From an uncultured Sediminibacterium sp. (GTDB lineage: Bacteria; Bacteroidota; Bacteroidia; Chitinophagales; Chitinophagaceae), in contig CAZWTV010000001.1 of assembly GCA_964637225.1 (NCBI GenBank), forward strand, positions 953 through 64,952: DNA of 64,000 nucleotides, read 5' to 3'. Below, one piece after another: positions 29,332 through 38,265 of the stretch. Below the pieces are notes generated by a model. That model had not been told where the DNA came from. It saw only the letters and a list, made by a program, of their open reading frames with translations, and made no database searches. The number at the start of each line of letters is the position of its first letter. Positions within the stretch are counted from its first letter, which is position 1. Position numbers and translations under genes: made by a program.

Positions 29332-29685
29332 ATGAGTAAAAAAAATAAATCTATACATTCCAGAGAAAATAATTCTCCATTTGTATATAGCACTCATCCT
29401 GAGAGTTTGCCTCTTAGCCACCAACACATTGACATTACTTTGGATCCTGCAGAACAATTACTTCATATACTACTTGAAACAAAACATAGGGCTGGAAAAA
29501 CAGTAACCATTATTTATGGTTTTGAAGGAAGTGAAGAGGCATTGAATGAATTAGGGAAGGCTTTAAAAAATCATTGTGGAACCGGGGGTTCTGTAAAAGA
29601 GGGTGAAATTATTATTCAAGGCGATCATCGTCAAAAGATATTCCAATATCTACAACAAAAGGGATATCGGAAAACTAAACTCTAG
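29332..29685 (+). CDS. SUI1/YciH-family translation initiation factor-like protein
   Basis: 117 aa; SUI1 core (GKTVTIIYGF..GTGGSVKEGEIIIQGDHR). Confidence 0.85.
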   Translation: MSKKNKSIHSRENNSPFVYSTHPESLPLSHQHIDITLDPAEQLLHILLETKHRAGKTVTIIYGFEGSEEALNELGKALKNHCGTGGSVKEGEIIIQGDHRQKIFQYLQQKGYRKTKL

Positions 29686-31463
29686 TAGAAAATTTCTAAA
29701 TTTAATTTTTGTTTTAATTCCTGCACTAAAGGATACTGTGCTACTATGCGCTCATATTTTTGTTTGCTATTTAAACTTAAATGTAATGGAACATCTTCTT
29801 TTTCATTCGCGGCTACTAAAATGCTAAATTGAATGGCACGGTTGTGAAAATGATCCCATACTTTTTCTAACACATTCATGCGTTCTTGCTCTACAAATTT
29901 TTGAGCAGTTAAAGCTGGAACTGTAATAGTAAAATGTGTTTCATTTTCAATATCTAATTGAGCTAATTTAAAAGTACTTGCCACGGAATGTTTGGAAGCA
30001 TTTTCTAAGGTTTGAGTGAAAGCATCCCAACATTTTTTTAAATCGGTGGTATTAAGTGGAATAGATTCTACTACTTCTTCAATTTTATATTTTTCCCCAT
30101 ATTTATTTTGTAGTGCAGTAAGTAAATTTTTATGATACCCTTTGGATGTTGAGGCACTAGGGGTGGATGGCTGTGGACTACTAACAGGACTGGCAGCCAC
30201 ATTGACATTAGAAGGAGATTCTTCAATAATGAGTTGTGCTTCTTTTAATGGAGCTACTTTAGGTAATGGGAAATGACTTAAAGGAATAATTTTTTTTAAT
30301 CGAATCGGATAATGACTTTCAATTAGTTTTTTTTTTACAACTTGGCCATCTTCCATGCTGAGTTCAATGGCTTCTTGTAAAAAATTGAGTTTAATAATGG
30401 CCATTTCAACATGCAATCTTTTGTTTCGGGCCATTTTAAACTGAATCTCGGCTTCGTTTAATATGTTAAGAGCGCTGACAAGATAGGGGGTGCTTACTTG
30501 TTTGGCTACTTTCTTATATTGATCTGCCCATCCTTCGATGGACTCTAATAAAGAGGCGCTAGCAGGATCTTTACATACCAATATATTTCTCATAAAGCTA
30601 GCAAGCCCATATAAAACCATATCTCCCTCAAAACCTTTTTGATTGATTTGATCATACAATAGCATGGCTTGAGTGAGGTCTTTGGCAACAAGCAACTCTA
30701 GTAATTTAAAAAAATAAGCTTCGTCTAAAATATTTAAATGTTCTAGTGTGTTTTCATAAGTAACTACTCCATTGGAAAAACTTACTATTTTATCTAGAAT
30801 ACTTAAAGCATCACGCATACAACCTTCACTTTTTTGAGCTATGAGTTGTAATGCATTTTTTTCTGCCTTGCTATTTTCTTTGTTAATTATTTCTTCTAAA
30901 TGGGTAACTATATCATTTGATGTAATTCGCCTAAAATCAAAAATTTGACAACGACTTAAAATGGTAGGCAGAATTTTATGTTTTTCAGTGGTGGCTAAAA
31001 TAAAAATGGCATAAGGTGGTGGTTCTTCTAGTGTTTTCAAAAATGCATTGAAGGCGCTGGTACTTAACATATGAACCTCGTCTACAATATATACTTTGTA
31101 TTTACCGGCTTGAGGTGCAAATCGTACTTGATCAACAAGGGTTCTTATGTCATCCACCGAGTTGTTACTTGCGGCATCTAATTCATGTATATTTAAACTT
31201 GACCCTTTTTCAAAACTAATACAAGACTCACATTTATTACACGCCTCTGCGTCTTGGGTAATATGGGTACAATTAATAGTTTTTGCTAAAATTCGAGCAC
31301 AGGTTGTTTTACCTACACCTCTTGGGCCACAAAATAAAAATGCATGTGCTAGATGTTGGTGTAAAATAGCATTCTTCAAGGTGGTGGTAATATGTGATTG
31401 CCCCACTACTGTTGAAAAGTTTTGAGGTCTATATTTTCTAGCTGATACGACGAAATTATCCAT
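29682..31463 (-). CDS. dnaX: DNA polymerase III subunit tau (possibly also gamma)
   Basis: Start moved to MDNFVVSARKYRPQNF; Walker A GPRGVGKTT, DEVHML, SRCQ sensor, Zn module CxxCxxC; C-terminal P/S-rich linker and tau domains. Confidence 0.92.
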   Translation of the reverse strand: MDNFVVSARKYRPQNFSTVVGQSHITTTLKNAILHQHLAHAFLFCGPRGVGKTTCARILAKTINCTHITQDAEACNKCESCISFEKGSSLNIHELDAASNNSVDDIRTLVDQVRFAPQAGKYKVYIVDEVHMLSTSAFNAFLKTLEEPPPYAIFILATTEKHKILPTILSRCQIFDFRRITSNDIVTHLEEIINKENSKAEKNALQLIAQKSEGCMRDALSILDKIVSFSNGVVTYENTLEHLNILDEAYFFKLLELLVAKDLTQAMLLYDQINQKGFEGDMVLYGLASFMRNILVCKDPASASLLESIEGWADQYKKVAKQVSTPYLVSALNILNEAEIQFKMARNKRLHVEMAIIKLNFLQEAIELSMEDGQVVKKKLIESHYPIRLKKIIPLSHFPLPKVAPLKEAQLIIEESPSNVNVAASPVSSPQPSTPSASTSKGYHKNLLTALQNKYGEKYKIEEVVESIPLNTTDLKKCWDAFTQTLENASKHSVASTFKLAQLDIENETHFTITVPALTAQKFVEQERMNVLEKVWDHFHNRAIQFSILVAANEKEDVPLHLSLNSKQKYERIVAQYPLVQELKQKLNLEIFY

Positions 31464-31552
31464 ACTTGACGCGCAATATACGCATTCAAAATCAAAAGAA
31501 TTCACATAGTGAATAAATCTTATCCCCCATATTTACAAGCCTCATGAATAGC

Positions 31553-32746
31553 TTATTTTAAGCTGTAATCCATAATGGGATGTCTTTCAAAAGGATGTAA
31601 GCTAGGGTTAAAAATATATCTAAAGGTGACCATTTGTCTGCTAGGTTTGCCTTCTAAACTTTTATAAATATTGACCATTTTAGGATTCCAATCTGCCGCC
31701 CAGCCCATTTCATAACCTGTATAATGTTTTAATTTTTGAAGTATTAAATAGCAGTTATAAATTAAATAACTGTCAATACCCAATGCTTGATATTTGGGCA
31801 CCACTCCAAATGCTAGACCGGTTAATTTTTTATTTTGTTTATTCCATTTCATCCATAAAAGATGTAGTTTTTGAAGTAGGCCTAATCGACCATTAAAATA
31901 TTTAAAATATTGGTTCACATCTGGAATATTAATAAACATAGCAATGGGCTCTTCTTTGTAGTATGCAAACCAAACTACTTTTTCATCCATTACTGTTTTT
32001 AATGTTTTAAATAGTTTTAAAATTTGTTCTAAAGTAATTGCTTTTTCTTCTCCATGCTGGGCCCATGCACTATTGTAAATATGTACAAAATCTTTTGCAA
32101 ACTTTTCTAAATTATTTTTATCTAAATGTAAGGCAGTATAGTCCGGTTTGGTTTTAAATTTATTATAACGCTCTTCGAATCTGGGTGGTAGGGGCTGGCT
32201 TAAATCCATCTCATAATAAAATTGATTGTAGTAATTCTGAAAACCATAATTTGTCATTAGTGTTTCATAATAACTGGGATTAAATGACATACCATACATA
32301 GGTTCTTTGTCAAAACCTCGTACCATAAGTCCCCACCATTTGTCTCTATCTCCAAAATTAATAGGGCCATCCATGGCCTGCATGCCATTTTCAATAAGCC
32401 ATTGTTTTGCTTTGGTGAAAAGTAAATTAGCGGTGTCTTGATCATTGATACAATCAAAAAAACCTACACAGCCCACTGGAAATAAAGTGCCTTTGTTTTT
32501 ATAACTATTGTAATAAAATGCTGCTATACGACCAAGGACTTTACCTTGTTCTGAAATGGCAATCCATCTTTTAGCATCTCCCACTTTAAATAATTTATTT
32601 TTGGTTCTATCAAATACCTGCATGACTTCGGTATCTAATGGGCGAATATAATGTGGGTTGCTTCTGTTTAAAGTAGCATTTATGGCTAGAAATTTTTTTT
32701 CATCACTAGGAGTGTTTACTTCAATAATGCTGGTTGCCCTATTCAT
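31553..32746 (-). CDS. Two-lobed GNAT-like acyltransferase family protein, function unknown
   Basis: 397 aa; C-terminal lobe has an acyl-CoA-binding-like segment (VVPKYQALGIDSYL); the N-terminal lobe is also GNAT-like. Confidence 0.5.
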   Translation of the reverse strand: MNRATSIIEVNTPSDEKKFLAINATLNRSNPHYIRPLDTEVMQVFDRTKNKLFKVGDAKRWIAISEQGKVLGRIAAFYYNSYKNKGTLFPVGCVGFFDCINDQDTANLLFTKAKQWLIENGMQAMDGPINFGDRDKWWGLMVRGFDKEPMYGMSFNPSYYETLMTNYGFQNYYNQFYYEMDLSQPLPPRFEERYNKFKTKPDYTALHLDKNNLEKFAKDFVHIYNSAWAQHGEEKAITLEQILKLFKTLKTVMDEKVVWFAYYKEEPIAMFINIPDVNQYFKYFNGRLGLLQKLHLLWMKWNKQNKKLTGLAFGVVPKYQALGIDSYLIYNCYLILQKLKHYTGYEMGWAADWNPKMVNIYKSLEGKPSRQMVTFRYIFNPSLHPFERHPIMDYSLK

Positions 32747-32755
32747 GTATGAAAT

Positions 32756-33457
32756 TTAAAACTTTTTTAAAACACTAAGTGCAAATAAGGCTGCCGTTTC
32801 GGTTCTTAGTCTGGTAGGTCCTAATTCTATGGCCTGAAATTCGTGGTCGAGGGCTAATTCAATTTCTGCTTTTGAAAAATCTCCTTCAGGCCCTATTAAT
32901 AATAAAATAGTAGATGCAGCTTCTATATTTTTTATGTTTAATTTATGGCCAGATGCACAATGAGCTATTAATTTCTGCCCCTGGTATTTTTCTTGAATTA
33001 AATCTTTAAAATGAATAGGTTTGGCTAAATGAGGCAGCCATACTTGTTGGCTTTGTATCATGGCAGATTGCAAAATGTTTTGAAACCTTTCGTATTTAAA
33101 TTTTTCAAATAAAGTATGCTCACAAATAAGAGGTCTTATTTCATAAATGCCCATTTCTGTTATTTTTTCTAACAACCATTCAAGTCTTGTTAGATTTTTC
33201 AATAGTCCAATACCTAAGCATATTTTTTGAAAGGGGAGTGCCTTAAATTTTTCCGATAGTACTTGTACTTGTGAATGAGTTTTATGTGCATTGACAATTA
33301 CTGCTTCAAATAAATAACCTTTACCATTGGTTACATCGACCCTCTGATTTTCTTGCATTCTAAGAACTTGAATGCAATGTTTACTAGTTGTTTCACTTAA
33401 TGTAAAACTTGTTTGGCCATGGTGAATGTTGGGTTCGAAGAAATAAGGAATCGACAT
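32756..33457 (-). CDS. rsmE: 16S rRNA (uracil1498-N3)-methyltransferase
   Basis: Start moved to MSIPYFFEP (typical RsmE N-terminus); C-terminal IGPEGDFS..E..GPTRLRTETAA motif. Confidence 0.88.
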   Translation of the reverse strand: MSIPYFFEPNIHHGQTSFTLSETTSKHCIQVLRMQENQRVDVTNGKGYLFEAVIVNAHKTHSQVQVLSEKFKALPFQKICLGIGLLKNLTRLEWLLEKITEMGIYEIRPLICEHTLFEKFKYERFQNILQSAMIQSQQVWLPHLAKPIHFKDLIQEKYQGQKLIAHCASGHKLNIKNIEAASTILLLIGPEGDFSKAEIELALDHEFQAIELGPTRLRTETAALFALSVLKKF

Positions 33458-33470
33458 AGTGAGCGCAAGT

Positions 33471-35045
33471 TTAGAATGGTTGGTCGTCATTGATACCTTC
33501 ATCAAATTCTCCTTCATTCATTTTACTTCCCTGAATAAAAAATCTACCACCTTCTGCTGTATCACCACTATTGAGACCTGAAGGCAGCGGTTTGTAATTG
33601 CTTGCAAGGCCTGGAATGGGACTATTACCTTCCCATTCTTCAAATTTTTGTATATCTAAATTGGCTCTTAATTTGATTAAATCTAATCTACCATTTCTAT
33701 GTTTTGCAATTCTAATTAATGTTTCTCCTTGGGTGCTTTCTCCCATTTCATTACTCATTACTTCATAGTATTCAGGACGGTAAATAAACATTACCATATC
33801 GGCATCTTGTTCAATCGCACCTGATTCTCGTAGGTCGCTCAATTGAGGCATCTTACTTTCTTTTCTAGTTTCCACAGCACGGCTTAATTGTGAAAGTGCA
33901 AGAATGGGAATATTCAATTCCTTGGCCAAGGCCTTTAAACTTCTTGAGATATTACTAATTTCTTGTTCACGATTTGAATTTCTATCACCCGTTCCACTCA
34001 TGAGTTGTAAGTAGTCAATGATGATTATTTTAACATGATGTTTATTCACTAGCCTTCTTGCTTTAGCTCGAAATTCAAAAATATTCAAGGCAGCGGTATC
34101 ATCTATAAAAATGGGGGCTTGTTCTAATTTTTTAATACCCTTACTATGTAATTGTTGGTATTCGTATTCTTCTAATTTACCTCTTGAAATTTTTTCCATT
34201 TTAATCTCACTCTCAGCACTTAAAATACGTTGTACCAATTGAGAGGCGCTCATTTCTAAACTAAAAAATCCTACTGCTTGAGGTTTGGTAGGATGCAATG
34301 CTGCATTGCGAGCCAGATTTAAGGCAAAGGCAGTTTTACCCACGGAAGGACGTGCAGCTAAAATAATTAAATCGGTAGGCTGCCAACCATAGGTTATCCT
34401 ATCCAAGGAGTTGAATCCACTGGGCACACCTGAAATTTCTTCTTTCTTATTTCTTAATTGGTCAATACGTGTGACAGCATGAGCTAATGCATCTCCAATA
34501 TCTACAAAGTTTTTCTTCAAGTAGTTATTAGTGATATTAAACATTTTGGTTTCGCTATCGTCTAGTAAATCAAATACGTCGGTACTATCTTCATAGGCGT
34601 TGGCAATGACTTCCCCGCTAATTCTAATTAATTCTCTTTGAATAAATTTTTGTAAAACAATTCTTCCATGTGCTTCAATATTGGCAGTAGATACAACTAC
34701 ATTAGTTAACTTAGAAATAAAATAAGCGCCACCAATAATATCTAATTGCTCGCGCATTTTTAATTCCTCCACCATAGTTAACATGTCAATGGGCATATTT
34801 TTTTGTTGTAAGCCCTGCATGGCACTAAAAATGAGTTGATGGGCTTCTACATAAAAACATTCTGGCTTTAAAATTTCACTAATAGTGTCGAAAGCACTTT
34901 TATCTAAAAGAATGGCCCCTAATACAGCTTCTTCTAACTCTCTTGCTTGAGGTGGAATTTTTCCATACATCATTGAACTAACGTCAATAGTTGTATTTTT
35001 TTTCTTTGTTCTATTGGTATTTAAATTAGGTATTGACATAAGCAT
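33471..35045 (-). CDS. dnaB: Replicative DNA helicase
   Basis: 524 aa; N-terminal PPQARELEEAVLGAILLD, Walker A AARPSVGKTAF, IIIDYLQLM; extra C-terminal tail. The true start could be the internal MMYGK. Confidence 0.92.
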   Translation of the reverse strand: MLMSIPNLNTNRTKKKNTTIDVSSMMYGKIPPQARELEEAVLGAILLDKSAFDTISEILKPECFYVEAHQLIFSAMQGLQQKNMPIDMLTMVEELKMREQLDIIGGAYFISKLTNVVVSTANIEAHGRIVLQKFIQRELIRISGEVIANAYEDSTDVFDLLDDSETKMFNITNNYLKKNFVDIGDALAHAVTRIDQLRNKKEEISGVPSGFNSLDRITYGWQPTDLIILAARPSVGKTAFALNLARNAALHPTKPQAVGFFSLEMSASQLVQRILSAESEIKMEKISRGKLEEYEYQQLHSKGIKKLEQAPIFIDDTAALNIFEFRAKARRLVNKHHVKIIIIDYLQLMSGTGDRNSNREQEISNISRSLKALAKELNIPILALSQLSRAVETRKESKMPQLSDLRESGAIEQDADMVMFIYRPEYYEVMSNEMGESTQGETLIRIAKHRNGRLDLIKLRANLDIQKFEEWEGNSPIPGLASNYKPLPSGLNSGDTAEGGRFFIQGSKMNEGEFDEGINDDQPF

Positions 35046-35208
35046 GAAGCCATTTTCTTACTGCGAAAATCAAACCAAATTAGCACTTCAAGAAATTTAG
35101 TTTTGCAATAGGGTTGTGCACAGGTATTTGAAATGGGTAATCCACAAAAAAACGGGGTTATTCACTGGTTTTGCACCTAGTTTTTAACTAAAAGCACTTA
35201 AAAATTAG

Positions 35209-35216
35209 TATTTTTG
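35209..35216 (+). promoter_or_regulatory. -7 promoter box (TATTTTTG) for pheT
   Basis: Exact TAnnTTTG 23 nt before ATG 35240. Confidence 0.5.
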
Positions 35217-35239
35217 AAGCCATATCATAAAATTCTTCT

Positions 35240-37648
35240 ATGACCATTAGTTATCGCTGGTTGTGTGAATATTTGCCTCACCGTTTAAGCCCTGAAAACT
35301 TATCTCAAATTTTAACTTCTATAGGACTTGAAGTTGAGTCCTTAGAAAAATATGAAAACTTTAAAGGCGGGCTTGCTGGATTAGTGGTAGGAGAAGTGAT
35401 GGAAGTAGTAAAACATCCTGGTGCAGATAAATTAAAACTTACCAAAGTTAACATAGGAAAAGATCAATACCTAAGTATAGTATGTGGTGCAAGTAATGTA
35501 GCTCAAGGACAAAAAGTAGTAGTTGCCACAGTAGGAACTACCATTTACCCAAAGTCGGGTGACCCAATGACAATGAAATTGGCCAAGATAAGAGGGGAGC
35601 AAAGTGAAGGAATGATTTGTGCTGAAGATGAAATTGGTATTAGTGATGATCATGCAGGCATTATTGTATTAGATCCTAATACTTCGGTGGGCACTGCAGT
35701 TTCTAGTTTATATGAATTGTATGAGGATTGGATTTATGAAATTGGACTTACTCCTAATAGAATGGATGCTATGAGTCATTACGGTGTCGCTAAAGATGTA
35801 TGCGCATATTTGTCTTACCATAATGCTGTAGTAAAAGCGGTTAGTCCCTTTAAAAAATTAACCCATAAAGATGCCTCTTCGCTGCCCTTCAAAGTGAAAA
35901 TAGAAGATACCACAGGTTGCAAAAGGTATAGTGGTATAGTCATAGAGGGAGTGACTGTGAAAGCCTCTCCTTCTTGGTTAAAAAATAAATTACAAGCAAT
36001 AGGTGTAAGAAGTATAAACAACATTGTAGATATTACAAATTATATTTTACATGAAACCGGACAGCCCTTGCATGCATTTGATGCTGCTAAGATTAAAGAC
36101 AAAACCATTCTAGTAAAAAAATATCCTGCAGGTTCTAAGTTTACTACACTTGATGGAGTGGAGAGAACCTTGACTTCAAATGATTTAATGATAAGTGATA
36201 GTGAAAAACCATTATGTATAGCAGGTGTGTTTGGAGGACTTTCCAGTGGTGTCACTTCTCAAACAACTCAAATATTTTTAGAAAGTGCTTTGTTTGATAA
36301 TGTACATATCAGAAAAACTTCCATGCATCATGGATTAAGAACAGATGCTGCCACAAGATTTGAAAAAGGGGTAGCTATTGATGCCACAGTGTTAGTGCTA
36401 GAACATGCTGCACATTTGATTCAAACCTATGCAGGTGGAAAATGCAGTGAAGTGATTGATGTCTATCCCGCGCCTCAAGCAAAAACTAAAGTAGGTATCG
36501 AGTTTGCCTATTTAAAAAAATTGAGTGGTAAAATTTATCCAACTGAAAAAGTAAAAATAATTCTTGAAAGCTTAGGTTTTGAAATTTTAAAAGAAACGCA
36601 ATGGGGTCTTGAATTAGCAGTACCTTATCACAAGCCTGATATTAGTATAGCAGCGGATATTGTTGAAGAGATAGTAAGAATAGATGGACTTGATAACATT
36701 GCCATTCCTAGCACTATTACTATGAGTCCGGCAAATGATCCTTTGGAGAAAAAAGAAAAATTCAAAGACAAAATAGCTCAATATTTAGTGGGAAGAGGTT
36801 TCACAGAAATATTAACTAATTCAATTACTAACAGTGCCTATTTCACAGAAGATATTTTATCTACATCGGTAAAAATGTTAAATAATTTAACGGCTGAATT
36901 AGATGTAATGCGCCCCTCCATGTTAGAGACTGGCTTGGAAGCTATAGCATATAATATAAATAGAAAAAATACTTCCATCTCTTTTTTTGAAATAGGAAAA
37001 GTTTATGGTAAGTCTTCTCAAGGTAGCTATTATGAATCGGAACAGCTAGCAATTTATATTTCTGGAAAACAAAATACAGAGGGTTGGAGAAACAAAGCAT
37101 TACCTGCCGATTTTTTTGTTGCAAAAGGATTGGCAACTGCTATTTGTCAACTTTTAGGACTTCCTGAGGGTGAATGGAAATCATCTTCTTCTGCTCAAGT
37201 GCAATATGTTGTTCAAAAATCAACTATAGGTACACTAGAAAACATATCAGCCAAAAAAATACAATCATTTGGAATTAAGCAACCTGTATTTTACATACAA
37301 TTTGATTTAGCAAGTTTATTTTCTTTGTATCAAAGTAGACAAGTGGTTTATAAAGAAGTGTCTAAATATCCTTCAGTGGAGCGTGATATTGCATTAGTAC
37401 TTCCTAGTGCCACACCTTATGCTTCTATTGAACAAAGTATTGCTGCAGTAAAATTAAATGCACTTCAACAAAGTAGAGTTTTTGATATCTTTGAAAGTGA
37501 AAAATTAGGGGAGCAGAAAAAATCGGTCGCCATTAATTTTGTTTTTAACGCTACGGATAAAACTTTAACCGATGTAGAAATAGATGCCATGATGAAAAAA
37601 TTAGTAAAAGAATTTGAAAATAATCTGCAAGCAGAAATTAGAAAATAA
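35240..37648 (+). CDS. pheT: Phenylalanine--tRNA ligase beta subunit
   Basis: 802 aa; N-terminal tRNA-binding (EMAP) domain, B3/4, B5 and FDX-ACB regions in order. Confidence 0.93.
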   Translation: MTISYRWLCEYLPHRLSPENLSQILTSIGLEVESLEKYENFKGGLAGLVVGEVMEVVKHPGADKLKLTKVNIGKDQYLSIVCGASNVAQGQKVVVATVGTTIYPKSGDPMTMKLAKIRGEQSEGMICAEDEIGISDDHAGIIVLDPNTSVGTAVSSLYELYEDWIYEIGLTPNRMDAMSHYGVAKDVCAYLSYHNAVVKAVSPFKKLTHKDASSLPFKVKIEDTTGCKRYSGIVIEGVTVKASPSWLKNKLQAIGVRSINNIVDITNYILHETGQPLHAFDAAKIKDKTILVKKYPAGSKFTTLDGVERTLTSNDLMISDSEKPLCIAGVFGGLSSGVTSQTTQIFLESALFDNVHIRKTSMHHGLRTDAATRFEKGVAIDATVLVLEHAAHLIQTYAGGKCSEVIDVYPAPQAKTKVGIEFAYLKKLSGKIYPTEKVKIILESLGFEILKETQWGLELAVPYHKPDISIAADIVEEIVRIDGLDNIAIPSTITMSPANDPLEKKEKFKDKIAQYLVGRGFTEILTNSITNSAYFTEDILSTSVKMLNNLTAELDVMRPSMLETGLEAIAYNINRKNTSISFFEIGKVYGKSSQGSYYESEQLAIYISGKQNTEGWRNKALPADFFVAKGLATAICQLLGLPEGEWKSSSSAQVQYVVQKSTIGTLENISAKKIQSFGIKQPVFYIQFDLASLFSLYQSRQVVYKEVSKYPSVERDIALVLPSATPYASIEQSIAAVKLNALQQSRVFDIFESEKLGEQKKSVAINFVFNATDKTLTDVEIDAMMKKLVKEFENNLQAEIRK

Positions 37649-37675
37649 CTAATTTCAAGGAATCAAATAATTACT

Positions 37676-37963
37676 ATGGTGGATATTGCAACTGCCCTTA
37701 ACCATCTTCAAGAGAAAGTTCAACTCTTAATAAAACGTACATCCTTATTAGAAAAGGAAAATGTACAATTAAAAGCTCATTTAACTAAAGAGCAAGGTAT
37801 TGTGAGAGAATTAACCCAGCAAGTGCAGGAAGGTAAATCTAAATTAGCTGCAGCCATGGTACACACAGCTAGTATGCACCCAGCAGACAAAGAAGCGCTC
37901 ATTAAAAAAGTAGATCATTATATCAAAGAAATAGATATTGCCATTAAAAATCTGAATCCATAA
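37676..37963 (+). CDS. Small coiled-coil protein, ZapB-like
   Basis: 95 aa; heptad-rich LNHLQEKVQLLIKRTSLLEKENVQLKAHL resembles the ZapB N-terminus; stop is 2 nt before the zapA start. Confidence 0.45.
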   Translation: MVDIATALNHLQEKVQLLIKRTSLLEKENVQLKAHLTKEQGIVRELTQQVQEGKSKLAAAMVHTASMHPADKEALIKKVDHYIKEIDIAIKNLNP

Positions 37964-37965
37964 TC

Positions 37966-38265
37966 ATGTCCCTAGATCAAGAAAATTCGCTTATTCCCGT
38001 AAATATTACTATTGCTGATAGGTCTTATCGCGTGAAAATTGCTGCTAAGGATGAAGAAGCCGTTCGTAAGACAGCAGCTATGATTAACCAGAAAATGGTG
38101 GAATTTAAAAATGCCTATGCCGGCAAGGATATGCAGGATTATATTTCAATGGTCTTGCTTTGGTTTACCACAGAGCAACAACAAACTGGACATAATCTCT
38201 ATGAGCTAGAAGACATTCAAAATCAGATTGATGCGCTTTCTAACTCTATTGAAAAGGCACTTTGA
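37966..38265 (+). CDS. zapA: Cell division protein ZapA
   Basis: 99 aa; ZapA-like N-terminal beta region (VNITIADRSYRVKIA) plus C-terminal helix. Confidence 0.8.
   Translation: MSLDQENSLIPVNITIADRSYRVKIAAKDEEAVRKTAAMINQKMVEFKNAYAGKDMQDYISMVLLWFTTEQQQTGHNLYELEDIQNQIDALSNSIEKAL

Noticed and set aside
29682-29685. Convergent genes sharing overlapping stop codons (SUI1/dnaX CTAG at 29682-29685; gatA/acidic ORF CTAA at 42316-42319)
   Set aside because: This is real in the sequence but is a common consequence of compact genomes, with no specific function implied.
30290-30297. Second A-run (A8, L-K-K-I) 30 nt downstream of the A10 run in dnaX
   Set aside because: A8/T8 runs occur in many other genes in this window (for example near 1063, 7320, 34996 and 46298), so it is not distinctive on its own.
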